Assembly: GCA_035686185.1 (NCBI GenBank)
Contig: DASRZR010000429.1
Coordinates: 1-36,987 of the forward strand
DNA length: 36,987 nucleotides
Origin: Spirochaetia bacterium
Lineage (GTDB): Bacteria > Spirochaetota > Spirochaetia > SZUA-6 > Fen-1364
Direction of reading: 5' to 3'
Shown: positions 1 through 9,585 of the stretch, piece by piece
Layout of the letters: every line of letters starts with the position of its first letter
How positions within the stretch are numbered: the first letter of the stretch is position 1
Notes under the pieces: generated by a model
Seen by the model: only the letters and a program-made list of their open reading frames with translations
Told to the model about the DNA's origin: nothing
Database searches by the model: none
Program-made: the position numbers and the translations under genes

Positions 1-1
1 C

Positions 2-1159
2 CCCGTGCTGACCAAGGACGACCTGCGCGCGCACTTCCCCCACGGGGTGGTGCCGCGTGGGATGAGCTTCGAGGCAGGCATCGCGAGCGGGGAGATCGGC
101 TCGGTGCGGACGAGCGGCACGGCGGATGAGGCGCTGGAGAACATCTGGAACCAGGCGTGGTGGGATGCCTCCGAGCGCGCCTCCTGGGCGCTGAACTCGG
201 TGGCAGCCGCCACGGCTACCGGAAGTCACCGGGAAGCGATCCTTGCCAGCGCGCGTTCGGTGGGCATGCGCTCTGATGGTCCTCCGATGCGGCAGCAGGC
301 CCGGATGCTCGGCCGGTTCCTTTTCCTGAACGAGTACGGGACCACCCCGGAATGGCCGGACGGCCACGAACGACGGATCCTCGACGAGCTGCGCGACTAC
401 CAGCCGCCGGTGCTGGAAGCAAACCCGTCTCTCCTGGCCCGGGTGGCGCGCTGGGCGGCGCGGACCGGCGCGGAGGCCTGGCAGCCCGCGCTCATCACGC
501 TCACGTACGAGTTCCCCTCCGCCCTGCAGCTTCGGGACATCCGCCGCGTGTTCCGGTCCCCTGTGGCAAGCTCCCACGGCTCCACCGAGGCCGGCTACGT
601 GTTCATGGAATGCGAGCACGGCCGGCTGCACCAGAACACGCAGTTCTGCCGCGTGGACCTCGTGCCGGTGCTCACGGGCCGGCATGTCGCCGGTGGCGCG
701 CCCCGGCGGATCGTGGCCACCACGTTCGCAAACGCGTGGTTTCCCCTCCTTCGTTTCGACGTAGGAGACCTGGCGCTCGTGGCGGAGGAGCCGTGCCCCT
801 GCGGACGCCGGGAAGGCCTGACCCTTTCATCGATAGAAGGCAGGGTGAAGAGCCTCTGCGTGACGGCCGACGGGGGTCTCGTGACGCACGGACAGATCGA
901 CCGGGCGCTGGCAGCGGTGGAAGGCCTGGAGCAGTACCGCATAGACCAGGAGGCGCCGAGGCAGATTCGCTGCCGGGTGGTCCCCGAACCCGGGCAGGGC
1001 ATTCGCGTGGCGAGGTCCGTTCGCGCCGCGCTCGAGGATCTTTTCAAGGACGGCGTGGCCGTGGATGTCACGCCGGTTACGGGCCTCTCCCCGGAGAGAT
1101 CCGGGAAGTTCCTGCTCGCCCTGAGGTCGTTCCCCCTCGAGGAGGCTCCGCATGCCTGA
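2..1159 (+). CDS. Adenylate-forming ligase, phenylacetate-CoA ligase / CapK / coenzyme F390 synthetase-like (5' end outside window)
   Basis: Frame is open from the window edge to TGA 1157-1159. Translation has an AMP-binding P-loop variant (VRTSGTADEA), SSHGSTEAGY (YGxTE-like), FDVGDLA and a C-terminal SGKF lysine. Third codon positions are GC-rich. Confidence 0.7.
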   Translation, partial: PVLTKDDLRAHFPHGVVPRGMSFEAGIASGEIGSVRTSGTADEALENIWNQAWWDASERASWALNSVAAATATGSHREAILASARSVGMRSDGPPMRQQARMLGRFLFLNEYGTTPEWPDGHERRILDELRDYQPPVLEANPSLLARVARWAARTGAEAWQPALITLTYEFPSALQLRDIRRVFRSPVASSHGSTEAGYVFMECEHGRLHQNTQFCRVDLVPVLTGRHVAGGAPRRIVATTFANAWFPLLRFDVGDLALVAEEPCPCGRREGLTLSSIEGRVKSLCVTADGGLVTHGQIDRALAAVEGLEQYRIDQEAPRQIRCRVVPEPGQGIRVARSVRAALEDLFKDGVAVDVTPVTGLSPERSGKFLLALRSFPLEEAPHA

Positions 1160-1856
1160 GCGCACCTTCTTCCTGCTGGCCGGAAACCCCGGTGCCCGGC
1201 GTTTCCACGGCCCCGACCCGCTCCTGCGGGAGGCGATCGCGGCGGCCGGGGTCCCCCGTCCCCGTGTGGCCTACGTCGGAGCGGCATCCGGCGACAACCG
1301 GGCATTCTTCCTGCTCATCGGCGGCATGCTGAAGCGAGCCGGCGCGGGGGAGGTGACACTTGCCCCGCTGTGCGGGAAGCGCGGGGGTCTCCGGCGCGCG
1401 CTGCCAACGCTGGAACAGGCTGACATCGTGTTCGTCTCGGGTGGCGACGTGGAAGAGGGCATGGGCGTGCTGCAGCGCACCGGCGCGCTCCCTCACCTCG
1501 TCCGGCTGCACCACGCGGGCAAGCCGTTCATCGGCATATCGGCGGGGAGCATCATGCTGGCGCGGCAGTGGGTCCGGTGGCGGGACGCGCAGGATGACGC
1601 AACCGCGGAGCTCTTCTCCTGCCTGGGTTTCGCGCCCGTGCTGTGCGATACCCACGGAGAGGGGGACGAGTGGACGGAGCTGAAGGCGCTGCTTTCCCTC
1701 TGCCCGGCGGGGACAACGGGATACGGCATCGTCTCCGGATCCGCGCTCGTGGTGCGCGGCCGCGGCACGCCCGCGGCCCGGGGCGGAGAAGTCCACGTCT
1801 TCCGCCGGCGCGCCTCCGGCGTCGTACGGCTCAAGGACCTGATGCCGGGAGCTTGA
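1152..1856 (+). CDS. Peptidase S51 family protein (dipeptidase E / cyanophycinase-like)
   Basis: VFVSGGD and the nucleophile-elbow motif FIGISAGSIM. ATG 1152 is preceded by GAGGAGG and overlaps the upstream stop (ATGCCTGA), indicating translational coupling. Confidence 0.75.
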   Translation: MPERTFFLLAGNPGARRFHGPDPLLREAIAAAGVPRPRVAYVGAASGDNRAFFLLIGGMLKRAGAGEVTLAPLCGKRGGLRRALPTLEQADIVFVSGGDVEEGMGVLQRTGALPHLVRLHHAGKPFIGISAGSIMLARQWVRWRDAQDDATAELFSCLGFAPVLCDTHGEGDEWTELKALLSLCPAGTTGYGIVSGSALVVRGRGTPAARGGEVHVFRRRASGVVRLKDLMPGA

Positions 1857-1890
1857 CGGGTCCGCCCTCCCCGGGCGACCTTCCGTCCTG

Positions 1891-2232
1891 ATGGAGTTCA
1901 CTCGCCTGTTCACGCGCTCGGAAGCAGAGAGCGCACTTCCCCTGGTGAAACAGATCGTGGCGGATATCCTGGAGGGAGCCCGCCGGATGCGGGAGACCGA
2001 TGAGAGTGACCAGGCGCGCGCCGGTCTGGAGGAAAACCTGGCGGAGAACATCCGGGAGCTGGAGTCCCTCGGCTGCTACTACAAGGATTGGAACTTCTCC
2101 GTGGGACTGGTCGATTTCCCGGCCCGGATCGAGGGTGAGACGGTCTTCCTCTGCTGGCGCAGCGATGAGGACCGCCTGGCCTGGTACCACGGGCTCGAGG
2201 ACGGCTACCGGGGCCGCAAACCGCTCCCGTAG
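1891..2232 (+). CDS. DUF2203 family protein
   Basis: 113 aa. N-terminus MEFTRLFTRSEAESALPLV and C-terminal FLCWRSDEDRLAWYHGLEDGYRGRKPL are typical of DUF2203 as I remember the family. Confidence 0.65.
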   Translation: MEFTRLFTRSEAESALPLVKQIVADILEGARRMRETDESDQARAGLEENLAENIRELESLGCYYKDWNFSVGLVDFPARIEGETVFLCWRSDEDRLAWYHGLEDGYRGRKPLP

Positions 2233-2257
2233 CCCCGCCTTCCGCCGGCTGCGTGGT

Positions 2258-2545
2258 CTATGCCGGGTGCTCGCTCCAGGTGCCGAAGCGACGCTCCGCG
2301 CGGGCGCGCGCCTTGGCGGCCTCCTCGGCGCGGTTTCGCGGCTGCGCGCTGGTGTCCAGAGTTCTGAGCAGCGCATCCGTGGCCGCGGAGATTTCATCCA
2401 CCGCGGCCAGGAATGCCGCCTCGTTGGCCTTGGAGGGGTGGTGGAACCCGCTTACCTTGCGGACGAACTGCAACGACGCCTCCCGTATCTCCTGGGGAGT
2501 GGCGGGCGGATCGAAATTGAACAACGGCCGGATATTGCGGCACAT
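2258..2545 (-). CDS. DUF2277 family protein
   Basis: Starts MCRNIRPLFNFDPPATPQEIREASLQFVRKVSGF, the hallmark N-terminus of DUF2277. ATG at 2543-2545 is preceded by AAAGGAG. The longer ORF-track start (2611) adds a non-homologous extension. Confidence 0.75.
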   Translation of the reverse strand: MCRNIRPLFNFDPPATPQEIREASLQFVRKVSGFHHPSKANEAAFLAAVDEISAATDALLRTLDTSAQPRNRAEEAAKARARAERRFGTWSEHPA

Positions 2546-2706
2546 GGTGGGCTCCTTTCCTGGCGTTCCGCTCGAAAACCAGGGCTCCAATGTAGCCGTC
2601 CGGCAGCGCATCGTCGAACCGGCCTCGGCCCGGTACGGGCCATCTTCGGCATGGCGCGCACCAGACTGCCGTGAGAATGCTGCTCGAGCCGCCGCCCGCC
2701 GCCCGA

Positions 2707-4041
2707 CTACCGCCTGCGCCTGGCCGATGCGTTTGCTGTCACCGTGTGGCTGGCAAGGTCAACGGTGACCGCGTCCCCGGCGCCAGCCCCCGGAGTGACG
2801 GGATGGAACTCGATCGTGAGCGTGTGGCCGTCCACCACCACCCTCAGGTAGCCGAAGTTGGCCTGGTCGTGGGAGGCCAGAACCAGTCCTCTCGTTTCAA
2901 CCACCGTGGACCGGTCCATGTAGCTCACATCGGCGCCGTCCGGCGGCTCCGTCGCGGCCTTCCCGTCCCGCGGGCTCACGAGCGGGTTCACGTTGTGCCC
3001 TCCGCTCCCGCAGACAACAAACGGCACCGACATCGTTCTGCCGCCGAAGAAAAGGGTCCGCGTGTAGCGCTGGTAGTTGTGGGCGTGCCCTGACAGGAAC
3101 GCGTGCGGGTAGACCCCTGCCTGCGCGCAGATGGCGTCAATCTGTGCCAGCATGGCGGGGCTGCCGCCGTGCTTGGCGGCGGTGGCCGACTGCGGTGCCG
3201 CGTAGCTGAACGGCGGATGGTGCACCGCGACGATCACCGCGCCGGTGTAGGCATCGCTTGCGACCCTCTGGAGCTGCGCGCGCAGGAAATCGAGCTGGAA
3301 GTCCGGCACGGCGCTCCACTTCCCGTTCTCGCTGGAGATGACGCCGGGGTCCTCCAGGGAGTTGCTGAAAAGCCCGATGATCCGCACGAAGGGCGCCTCC
3401 AGGCAGAAATACACGCCGGGCTGGGTCATGGCCGTGCGGTGCAGGGAGCCGGCCTCCGGTGTCACGACCGGCGAGGCGGCGCAGAAGTTGCGCGCGAACA
3501 CGCGAAGCGGCGCCTGGTCCGGAGGCGTGTCCGGCACGATGAAGGAGTCGTGGTTGCCGGGCACCGCGAATATGGGCGCCGCGTAGTCGCGGAACGGGTC
3601 GTAGAACTGGTCGTAGTAGTAGCGGGACTCCCCGAAGTTGTAGACCAGGTCACCGAGGTGGAACAGGAAGGCGGGCCGGTCGGCGAGGGACGCGGTGTGC
3701 AGGCCGGTGGTGAGCGCGTCCGCCACCCGGATCTCGCGGGGGAACGTGCGCGTGCTCGCCGCGCCGCTGTCCCCCACGGCGTGAAACACGATGTGGCCCG
3801 CGTTCGTGATGGCCGTCACCCGGTCCGGCCCCGTCGGGCCCCATGCGGCCGACAGCGACTGCATGTCCTGGTCGGGCATGGTGGATCGGTCAAACGCCAC
3901 CACGTCCTTCTGCAGAAGCCCCTGGATGCCGGCGTACAGACCCTCGTCCGATGGCGGCACGGTGAAAGTGGCGGGGTCAGGACTCGGCGCCGGCTCACTG
4001 AACACCGGCTGCGGCAACGCCTCCGCGTTCGTTCTGGGCAT
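2707..4041 (-). CDS. Metallophosphoesterase (calcineurin-like phosphoesterase) family protein
   Basis: Ordered motifs HAVGDSG, HLGDLVYNFG, VPGNHD, VAVHHPP and SGHAHNYQ. The start is supported by TACCTT-N7-ATG with no SD. Confidence 0.8.
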   Translation of the reverse strand: MPRTNAEALPQPVFSEPAPSPDPATFTVPPSDEGLYAGIQGLLQKDVVAFDRSTMPDQDMQSLSAAWGPTGPDRVTAITNAGHIVFHAVGDSGAASTRTFPREIRVADALTTGLHTASLADRPAFLFHLGDLVYNFGESRYYYDQFYDPFRDYAAPIFAVPGNHDSFIVPDTPPDQAPLRVFARNFCAASPVVTPEAGSLHRTAMTQPGVYFCLEAPFVRIIGLFSNSLEDPGVISSENGKWSAVPDFQLDFLRAQLQRVASDAYTGAVIVAVHHPPFSYAAPQSATAAKHGGSPAMLAQIDAICAQAGVYPHAFLSGHAHNYQRYTRTLFFGGRTMSVPFVVCGSGGHNVNPLVSPRDGKAATEPPDGADVSYMDRSTVVETRGLVLASHDQANFGYLRVVVDGHTLTIEFHPVTPGAGAGDAVTVDLASHTVTANASARRRR

Positions 4042-4108
4042 GGTAGGGAAGGTAGCGCCGCCCGCACCGGGGCGGCAACTCGGCTCCGCGGCCTGGGGCT
4101 TCCCGCCG

Positions 4109-4987
4109 CTAACTGTCTCGGGCGGCCTGCAGGGCGCGGATGTCCAGCTTCCGCATGCCGAGCATCGCCTTCATGACGCGACTGGCCTTTGCCCGATCCG
4201 GGTCTCCCAGCAGCGTGCCGAGCACGGTCGGCACTATCTGCCACGACACCCCGTAGCGGTCCGTGACCCAGCCGCACTGGCCCTTTTCCCCGCCGGCCGA
4301 GACGCTCTCCCACAACCGGTCCACCTCGTCCTGCGTCTCGCAGTTCACGAACATTGAAAGGGCCGGCGTGAACGTGAACGCGTGCTCCCGGCTGCTTTCC
4401 ATGGCCATGAACTCCTGGCCGGCCAGGGCAAACCGGGCATGCATCACCGCGCCTTCCGTCTCCCCCCGTCCCGCGGGGTATCGTTCCACCTGGCGTATTG
4501 CGGAATCCGGGAACAGGCTGGTCCAGGCCTTCATGGCTTCCTCGGCCTTCCCCGCCTGCGCACCCACGAAGAAGAAAAACGGCGCCACCCGGGTCTCGCC
4601 GCCAGACAGGGTGAGCTGCCAGGACAGGCCGTAGCGATCCGTTACCCAGCCGAACTTCTGGCTGAAGGGATAGCGCGCCAGCTCCATCCGGACCTGCCCG
4701 CCGGAAGAAAGTCCCCGCCACAGGGAATCGATCTCCGGTTCACTGGCACAGGACACGAAGAACGAGACAGCAGGGGTGAAGTGGAACTGGGGACCGCCGT
4801 TCAGCGCCGTGAGCTCCCGGCCCGCAAGGTGGAAGGACTGCATCATGACCGAGCCGTTCGGGCCCGGGCCGGCGTCCCCGTAGCGGCCGGTGGACCGAAC
4901 CGCGGAATCACGGAACAGGGACGTGTACAGGCGCACGGCCTCCTCTGCCTGTCCGTCGAACCACAGGAATGGAACGATCTTCTGCAT
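4109..4987 (-). CDS. Two-domain VOC / PhnB-like protein (3-demethylubiquinone-9 3-methyltransferase-domain fold)
   Basis: Two tandem copies of the same domain: MQKIVPFLWFDGQAEEAV...RYGLSWQL and VAPFFFFVGAQAGKAEEAM...RYGVSWQIV. ATG 4985-4987 has GGGAGG 6 nt upstream. Confidence 0.8.
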   Translation of the reverse strand: MQKIVPFLWFDGQAEEAVRLYTSLFRDSAVRSTGRYGDAGPGPNGSVMMQSFHLAGRELTALNGGPQFHFTPAVSFFVSCASEPEIDSLWRGLSSGGQVRMELARYPFSQKFGWVTDRYGLSWQLTLSGGETRVAPFFFFVGAQAGKAEEAMKAWTSLFPDSAIRQVERYPAGRGETEGAVMHARFALAGQEFMAMESSREHAFTFTPALSMFVNCETQDEVDRLWESVSAGGEKGQCGWVTDRYGVSWQIVPTVLGTLLGDPDRAKASRVMKAMLGMRKLDIRALQAARDS

Positions 4988-5200
4988 GCGCACCTCCCGG
5001 CAGCTACAAGTGTACTGACGGAAACGGCCATCGGGAGGGTGCAATTCCGGCGTTCGCGGTGGTTGGGCGCGACGCGCCCGGGTTCGCATTTTCCCCCCTG
5101 AAGCACGTGTCCATCCTCGTCCCGGTGTTCCGGCGCATCGCCGGGCTTGCGCCGCTGGACGAGCCGGAGATGGTAGCGCGCACTCTCGCTGGAGCAGCCT

Positions 5201-5851
5201 CTACTGGTTGCTGTAGCTGACGTTGAGCTGCGCCATGCCGAGCGTCGTGTTCTTGATGGCCGCCATGAGCGCGTCCAGCGTGAACCCGGGCGCCAGGCCC
5301 GTGGGCGCCGACAGCGCGTACACCTTCAGCCGGTAGACGTGGATGCGGACCTTCGTGGTGTCCTTGGGGACGTCGGCGGGAGGCTGCGGTGCCTGGTAGC
5401 CCACGTTGCCGGCGCCGTTGGTGCCCTGCGTGATCTTCATCGTGGCCGCGGCGTTGTCAGGCAACCCGCCGAGGGTCGGGTCGATGTCAGTGGCGATCCA
5501 GTGCAGGAAGAAGTCCCCGGTCCTTCCATAGGCGGCCAGCACCCGGCGGGCGTCGGGGTCGTCCAGGACGACGGCGAGCGCCTTTGTCCCGGCCGGAACG
5601 TGGCTCCACGTGAACGGGAACGAGCGCGGGTTTGCCGGGTCTCCGGCCTTTGCTCCGTAGATCGCGTTCAGCCTTCCGATCGATACGAGGCCGCTGTCGA
5701 ACCCGGTCTCCGCGGGGCCCTGGACGGCGGTCGTGGAGAGGGAGAAGGCGTTCTTGCCCTCCGACATGCTCGCGCATCCGTCCAGGACGAGCAAGCCAGC
5801 GGCGACTATCACGACGAGGCGTCGTGTGGTGAAACGGGATTGACGTGTCAT
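5201..5851 (-). CDS. YbhB/YbcL (PEBP / Raf-kinase-inhibitor-like) family lipoprotein
   Basis: Signal peptide with lipobox LVLDGC. PEBP-like FTWSHVPAGTKALAVVLDDPDA and FLHWIATDI motifs. Confidence 0.75.
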   Translation of the reverse strand: MTRQSRFTTRRLVVIVAAGLLVLDGCASMSEGKNAFSLSTTAVQGPAETGFDSGLVSIGRLNAIYGAKAGDPANPRSFPFTWSHVPAGTKALAVVLDDPDARRVLAAYGRTGDFFLHWIATDIDPTLGGLPDNAAATMKITQGTNGAGNVGYQAPQPPADVPKDTTKVRIHVYRLKVYALSAPTGLAPGFTLDALMAAIKNTTLGMAQLNVSYSNQ

Positions 5852-5895
5852 GCCGCGAATCTATCGTTGTACCCGGCGCAGCGGCAAGGCTCGGT

Positions 5896-5924
5896 TTGGC
5901 GCCGTGCGCCGGGGGCGCTACATT
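5896..5924 (+). promoter_or_regulatory. Candidate promoter of the DinB-family gene
   Basis: TTGGCG (5896-5901) - 17 nt - TACATT (5919-5924) - 9 nt - ATG 5934. Confidence 0.3.
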
Positions 5925-5933
5925 GCTCTCACT

Positions 5934-6440
5934 ATGAAGATCAACGAATTGTTCATCGCGCAGCTCGATCGGGAGACGGATATCTCGCGGCGCGTGCTGG
6001 CGCGCGTTCCCGAGGGAAAGCCGGACTGGAAGCCCCACGAGAAGTCCATGCCGCTGGGATACCTGGCCGTCCTCGTGGCAACGATGCCCGGATGGATCGC
6101 GATGGCGGTCCGCCAGGACTCCCTGGACCTCAACCCGCCGGGCGGGCAGGGCTACCAGCGGCCGGAATGGAAGACCATGAAGGACCTCCTGGCCCACCTC
6201 GATACGAGCACGTCACAGGCGCGAGAGGCGCTGGCGGCAACCACGGACGAGCACCTGGCTACCCCGTGGAAGCTGCTCGTGTCCGGCCGCACGGTGGATG
6301 AGAGCCCGCGCCACCAGGTCATCGCGGATACGCTCACCCACCTCGCCCACCACCGCGGACAGCTCTCCGTGTACCTGCGGCTGAACGACGTTCCGCTGCC
6401 GCACATGTACGGACCCACCGCGGACGAGAAAGGCTTCTGA
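5934..6440 (+). CDS. DinB family protein
   Basis: Four-helix-bundle DinB pattern with His triad context (…DTLTHLAHHRGQLSVYLRL). Start ATG 5934 (MKINELFIAQL) sits behind TTGGCG-N17-TACATT-N9. Confidence 0.8.
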   Translation: MKINELFIAQLDRETDISRRVLARVPEGKPDWKPHEKSMPLGYLAVLVATMPGWIAMAVRQDSLDLNPPGGQGYQRPEWKTMKDLLAHLDTSTSQAREALAATTDEHLATPWKLLVSGRTVDESPRHQVIADTLTHLAHHRGQLSVYLRLNDVPLPHMYGPTADEKGF

Positions 6441-6490
6441 GGGAAGGCGGGCAGCGCGCGGGTCGGTGCCCGGCCGCGAGCTGCCCGGGA

Positions 6491-7432
6491 CTACCTCATG
6501 GCGATGGCCGGGCTGTCTCCCCCGTCGCACCAGCAGCGCATCGCGAACACGGCGCGCTGAAGCTCACTCGGCCCTGGCGCGGCACGGGACATGCCCGAAT
6601 CCAGGTTCTTCTTCAGGAATGCCAGCGTCCGCGGCCAGGCCTGCTGGATGGCCTTCCGGTTCGCGCCGGACATCCCGTCCTGGGCGCGCGCGAACGCGTG
6701 TCCCGCGCCGTCGTACACGGCGTAGTCGAATGACTTTCCCAGCTTCTTCATGGTCTGCGCGGTCGGCGCCGCGGTCATGGTGACGCGCGCGTCACTGCCG
6801 CCGTAGAACGCGAGCACGGGTGCCTTGATCTGCGCCATGGCCTGGTCGGTCGGCGGCGTCCCGTAGTACACGACGGAGGCGCCCAGCGCCGGCTGCGTGG
6901 CGGCGTAGCCGAAGCTCACACCCCCTCCCCAACAGAAGCCGATGACCCCGAACCGGGGAAGGGCGGCCGGCTGTGACGTGGCCCATGCCTCCACCGCGTT
7001 CAGCCGCCGCGTGACCTCCTCCGGGTCCAGCCTGGCGATGAGCGCGCGGGCGTCGTCCGGACCGACGGCCCGGCTTCCCTGGCCGCCCGGCGCCTTGCCG
7101 CTGATGAGGTCCGGCGCCACGGCGATGTAACCCTCCGCGGCGAGCTGGTCCGCGGTGGCCCGGACCCAGTCGGACAGGCCGAAGATCTCGTGCACGACCA
7201 GCACCACCGGGGCCCGGTCGGCCCGCTCGGGGTAGACCACCCAGGCGTCCACCTTGTCGCCAGAGCCCGCATCGACGGTGACCCATTCGCCGTGCCGCGG
7301 CGAAGTGTCCAGCCGGGCCTTGGCCTGCGCCTCTGTCGGGGGCAACGTGGCCGCCTGCGCCACGGCAACCGAAGCCGCTCCCACGAGCATGACAACCGCA
7401 AGGGCCCCGCTGGCCCCGAGTGAGTTCCGCAT
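6491..7432 (-). CDS. Dienelactone hydrolase family protein, secreted
   Basis: PVVLVVHEIFGL, GVIGFCWGG (nucleophile Cys elbow) and YDGAGHAF. N-terminal signal peptide MRNSLGASGALAVVMLVGAASVAVAQA. Start supported by TATCTT-N6-ATG. Confidence 0.8.
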   Translation of the reverse strand: MRNSLGASGALAVVMLVGAASVAVAQAATLPPTEAQAKARLDTSPRHGEWVTVDAGSGDKVDAWVVYPERADRAPVVLVVHEIFGLSDWVRATADQLAAEGYIAVAPDLISGKAPGGQGSRAVGPDDARALIARLDPEEVTRRLNAVEAWATSQPAALPRFGVIGFCWGGGVSFGYAATQPALGASVVYYGTPPTDQAMAQIKAPVLAFYGGSDARVTMTAAPTAQTMKKLGKSFDYAVYDGAGHAFARAQDGMSGANRKAIQQAWPRTLAFLKKNLDSGMSRAAPGPSELQRAVFAMRCWCDGGDSPAIAMR

Positions 7433-7521
7433 GCCAAGAAGATATGGAAAGGGATGCGCCGGGGCCACGGTGGTCGACGGGCGCTCCCCGCCGGTCCTGG
7501 CGCCCCCGCTCATCGGGGCGA

Positions 7522-9461
7522 TCACGCAGGGGAGAGCGGGAAGCAGTACAGGCTCACCGAGTACGGCGGCGCCACCAGGTCCTGCCCGGCGCTTGCCGGC
7601 GGCTGTTCCTGGAGGACCACCGTCGGCGCCTTGCCGGGGACGTTTCCCGCCATCGGGTCCGGACCCGTGATGGTCCAGCGCTGCACCGTCCCGTCCGGCC
7701 GGACCGGCGCCACATCCAGCGGCAGCCGGACCGCGGTGCCCCCGGGGTTCACCACCGCCACCGTGAGGGCCGTGCGGTCCTCCGTCAGCGCCGCGGACAC
7801 GTCCAACCCCCTGGTGTCACCGCTGACGGCGACGGGAACGGCGCCGAAATGGTTTCGGTACAGCTCCAGCACCAGTCCCGTCGTGTCCAGCACGGCGGCG
7901 GTCCGGGAGGTCTTGATGGCGCCGATCACGTTCACGGTCTGGGCGTAGTTGGCCATGAAGTAGATGTCCGTGTTGCGGAAATAGGCGTGCAGCGCGCGCG
8001 CCACGCCCAGCGCGTCCTTCAGGTGGTACTGCACGCCCAGCTCGCCGTACACGTAGGGCCCGTACCAGTAGTTCCACTCGTCCATGGCGATGCGGATATC
8101 GCGCCCGGCCAGCGCGGGGATGGACGCCCGGTAGGCGCGGTGTGTCTGGGCCACGCGGTCGATGTCCGACGCCAGTTGCAGCGTGTGCGCCGCGACGTCG
8201 GTCATCTCCTTTCTGTAGATGTGCTCGCTCAGGAGGTCGAGGTGATCGGCGCTGGCCGCCAGTATTGCCTGGTCCCACGGACCCACGGCCCCCACGCCCA
8301 CCACGCGGGAGCCCGGGTCCACGGCGCGGATGGCATCCACCACCGCGTTGTGCTTCTTCACGTAGTGCTGGATGGGCATGTGACCAAGCTGCCACTCGCC
8401 GTACATCTCGTTGCCGACCGCCCACCACCTGACGCCGAACGGCTGCGGGTGGCCGTTGGCCGCCCGCAGCTTCCCCATGGCCGTGTCCGCCGCGCCGTTT
8501 GCGTATTGCACCTCGTCCGCCACATCCGGGACGCTCCCCAGGCCGGTATTCAGCGCCACGTAGGGCTCCGCGCCGATCATCTGCATCAGGTCCATGTACT
8601 CGTGGATCCCCACGTCGTTGGGCTCCACGCCCTTCCAGGCGGGGTTCTGCCTCGGCGGGCGGGTGTCGCGCTCCCCGATGCCATCCCGCCAGTTGTACCC
8701 GCTCACGAAGTTGCCGCCCGGCCAGCGGTAGATGGGAGCGTTGAGCTGCTTCAGCAGCGCCACGGTGTCCGCCCGCCACCCGCGCAGGTTGTCCGAGGGC
8801 ATGAGGGAGACGGCCCCCACGCGAAAGCTGCCGGCGCCGCTGCCGGTGATCGAAAGCCGCGCATTGTCACTTGCCGCGGTGGCCGTGAACGTGAGGGGGA
8901 ACGCGCGATAGTCGGTGCCCGGACGCGTCGGCGCCTGTTCGATGGCGGTCCCGTCATCCTGCACGAGGCGCACGGTCACGATGACGCCGGGGTCCGCGGC
9001 GAGCACGATCCGTCCTTCATAGGTCTTTCCCGGCACCAGGGCCAGGCCTTCCTGGGATATCCCGGTCGGGCCGCCGCCCACGCCGACGCTTACCATCGGC
9101 GAATGAGTTCCCGTGAACGGGTGGTCCGTGTCCATGGTCACCGTCCCCGGGGGCCCGATGACCTTCCAGGGAGAGCCACGCAGGTAGTCGTACGGCCCGG
9201 ATCCCAGTAGGCGTCCTCCGCCGTGCCCCAGGGCGCATAGCGGTCCCGGATGATGAAGTAGAACTTGCGATCCTCCAGCATCTCGGCCCAAAGGCCTCCG
9301 TAGATGCTCCGTCCCAGGTGCTCGATGAACTGGCCGTACAGGTACTTCGAGATGGGCGGCCGCGTCCGGGAGGTGTCGATGCGGACGGGGGTTCCCTGCT
9401 GCCCGCTGCCGAGCAGGACCCCGATGAACGCCAGCAGGAGGAACGGTCGGGCGTGCCTCAT
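7522..9461 (-). pseudogene. GH51 alpha-L-arabinofuranosidase, apparently frameshifted (1-nt loss near 9194-9200)
   Basis: N-terminal 88 aa (signal peptide MRHARPFLLLAFIGVLLG, then YGQFIEHLGRSIYGGLWAEM) are in the frame of ORF 9138..9461. The rest (…YRWPGGNFVSGYNWRDGIG…WWAVGNEMYGEWQ…DEWNYWYG…) is in the frame of ORF 7522..9885. The two join as …AEDAYWDPG|PYDYLRGSPWK… if one G/C is added to the ggcccgg run. Total length is 1940 nt, one short of a multiple of 3. Confidence 0.75.
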
Positions 9462-9585
9462 GGGGCCATACTACCGGATCCACCGCGGCGTGGGCATTCC
9501 CCGGACGCGGGTTGGCGCCCACCCCGGGCCTTACGACCGCCGAGAAACGCGTTATATTGGAGGAGGACCCGGGAGGGTCGAGTCG

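Noticed and set aside
4988-5200. The largest non-coding gap (213 nt), considered as a possible small RNA, tRNA or small ORF locus. The ORF track lists 4969..5220(+) and 4843..5106(-).
   Set aside because: I could not fold a cloverleaf or any strong hairpin with a T-tract. There are only weak 6-bp inverted repeats (ggcgcg-a-cgcgcc at 5056-5068 and ggcgca…tgcgcc at 5132-5153). The listed ORFs overlap real genes and look compositionally non-coding. The region probably just holds the promoter/SD of the PhnB-like gene and the 3' UTR of the PEBP gene.
6448-6487. The inverted repeat cgggcagc…gctgcccg between the convergent DinB-family and dienelactone hydrolase genes, as an intrinsic terminator.
   Set aside because: It has an 8-bp stem but a 24-nt loop and no flanking T/A tracts. 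That is too weak to annotate as a terminator. It may still form part of a factor-dependent 3' end.
9190-9205. Programmed -1 ribosomal frameshifting as the explanation for the GH51 frame change.
   Set aside because: The site (GAT CCG GGC C) is not an X XXY YYZ slippery heptamer, and I see no downstream stem-loop or pseudoknot. A 1-nt indel in a G/C run is the simpler explanation.
7420-9210. Long antisense or alternative-frame ORFs: 7420..9210(+), 14095..15663(-), 15981..17195(-), 19127..20443(-), 24526..26730(+), 27701..29368(+) and 33855..35246(-).
   Set aside because: Each lies opposite a confidently identified gene (GH51, araA, VOC/transaldolase, mtnA, ABC components, siaC/D-like). Each has the R/P/G/H-rich composition typical of non-coding frames in high-GC DNA. 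None shows a family motif.
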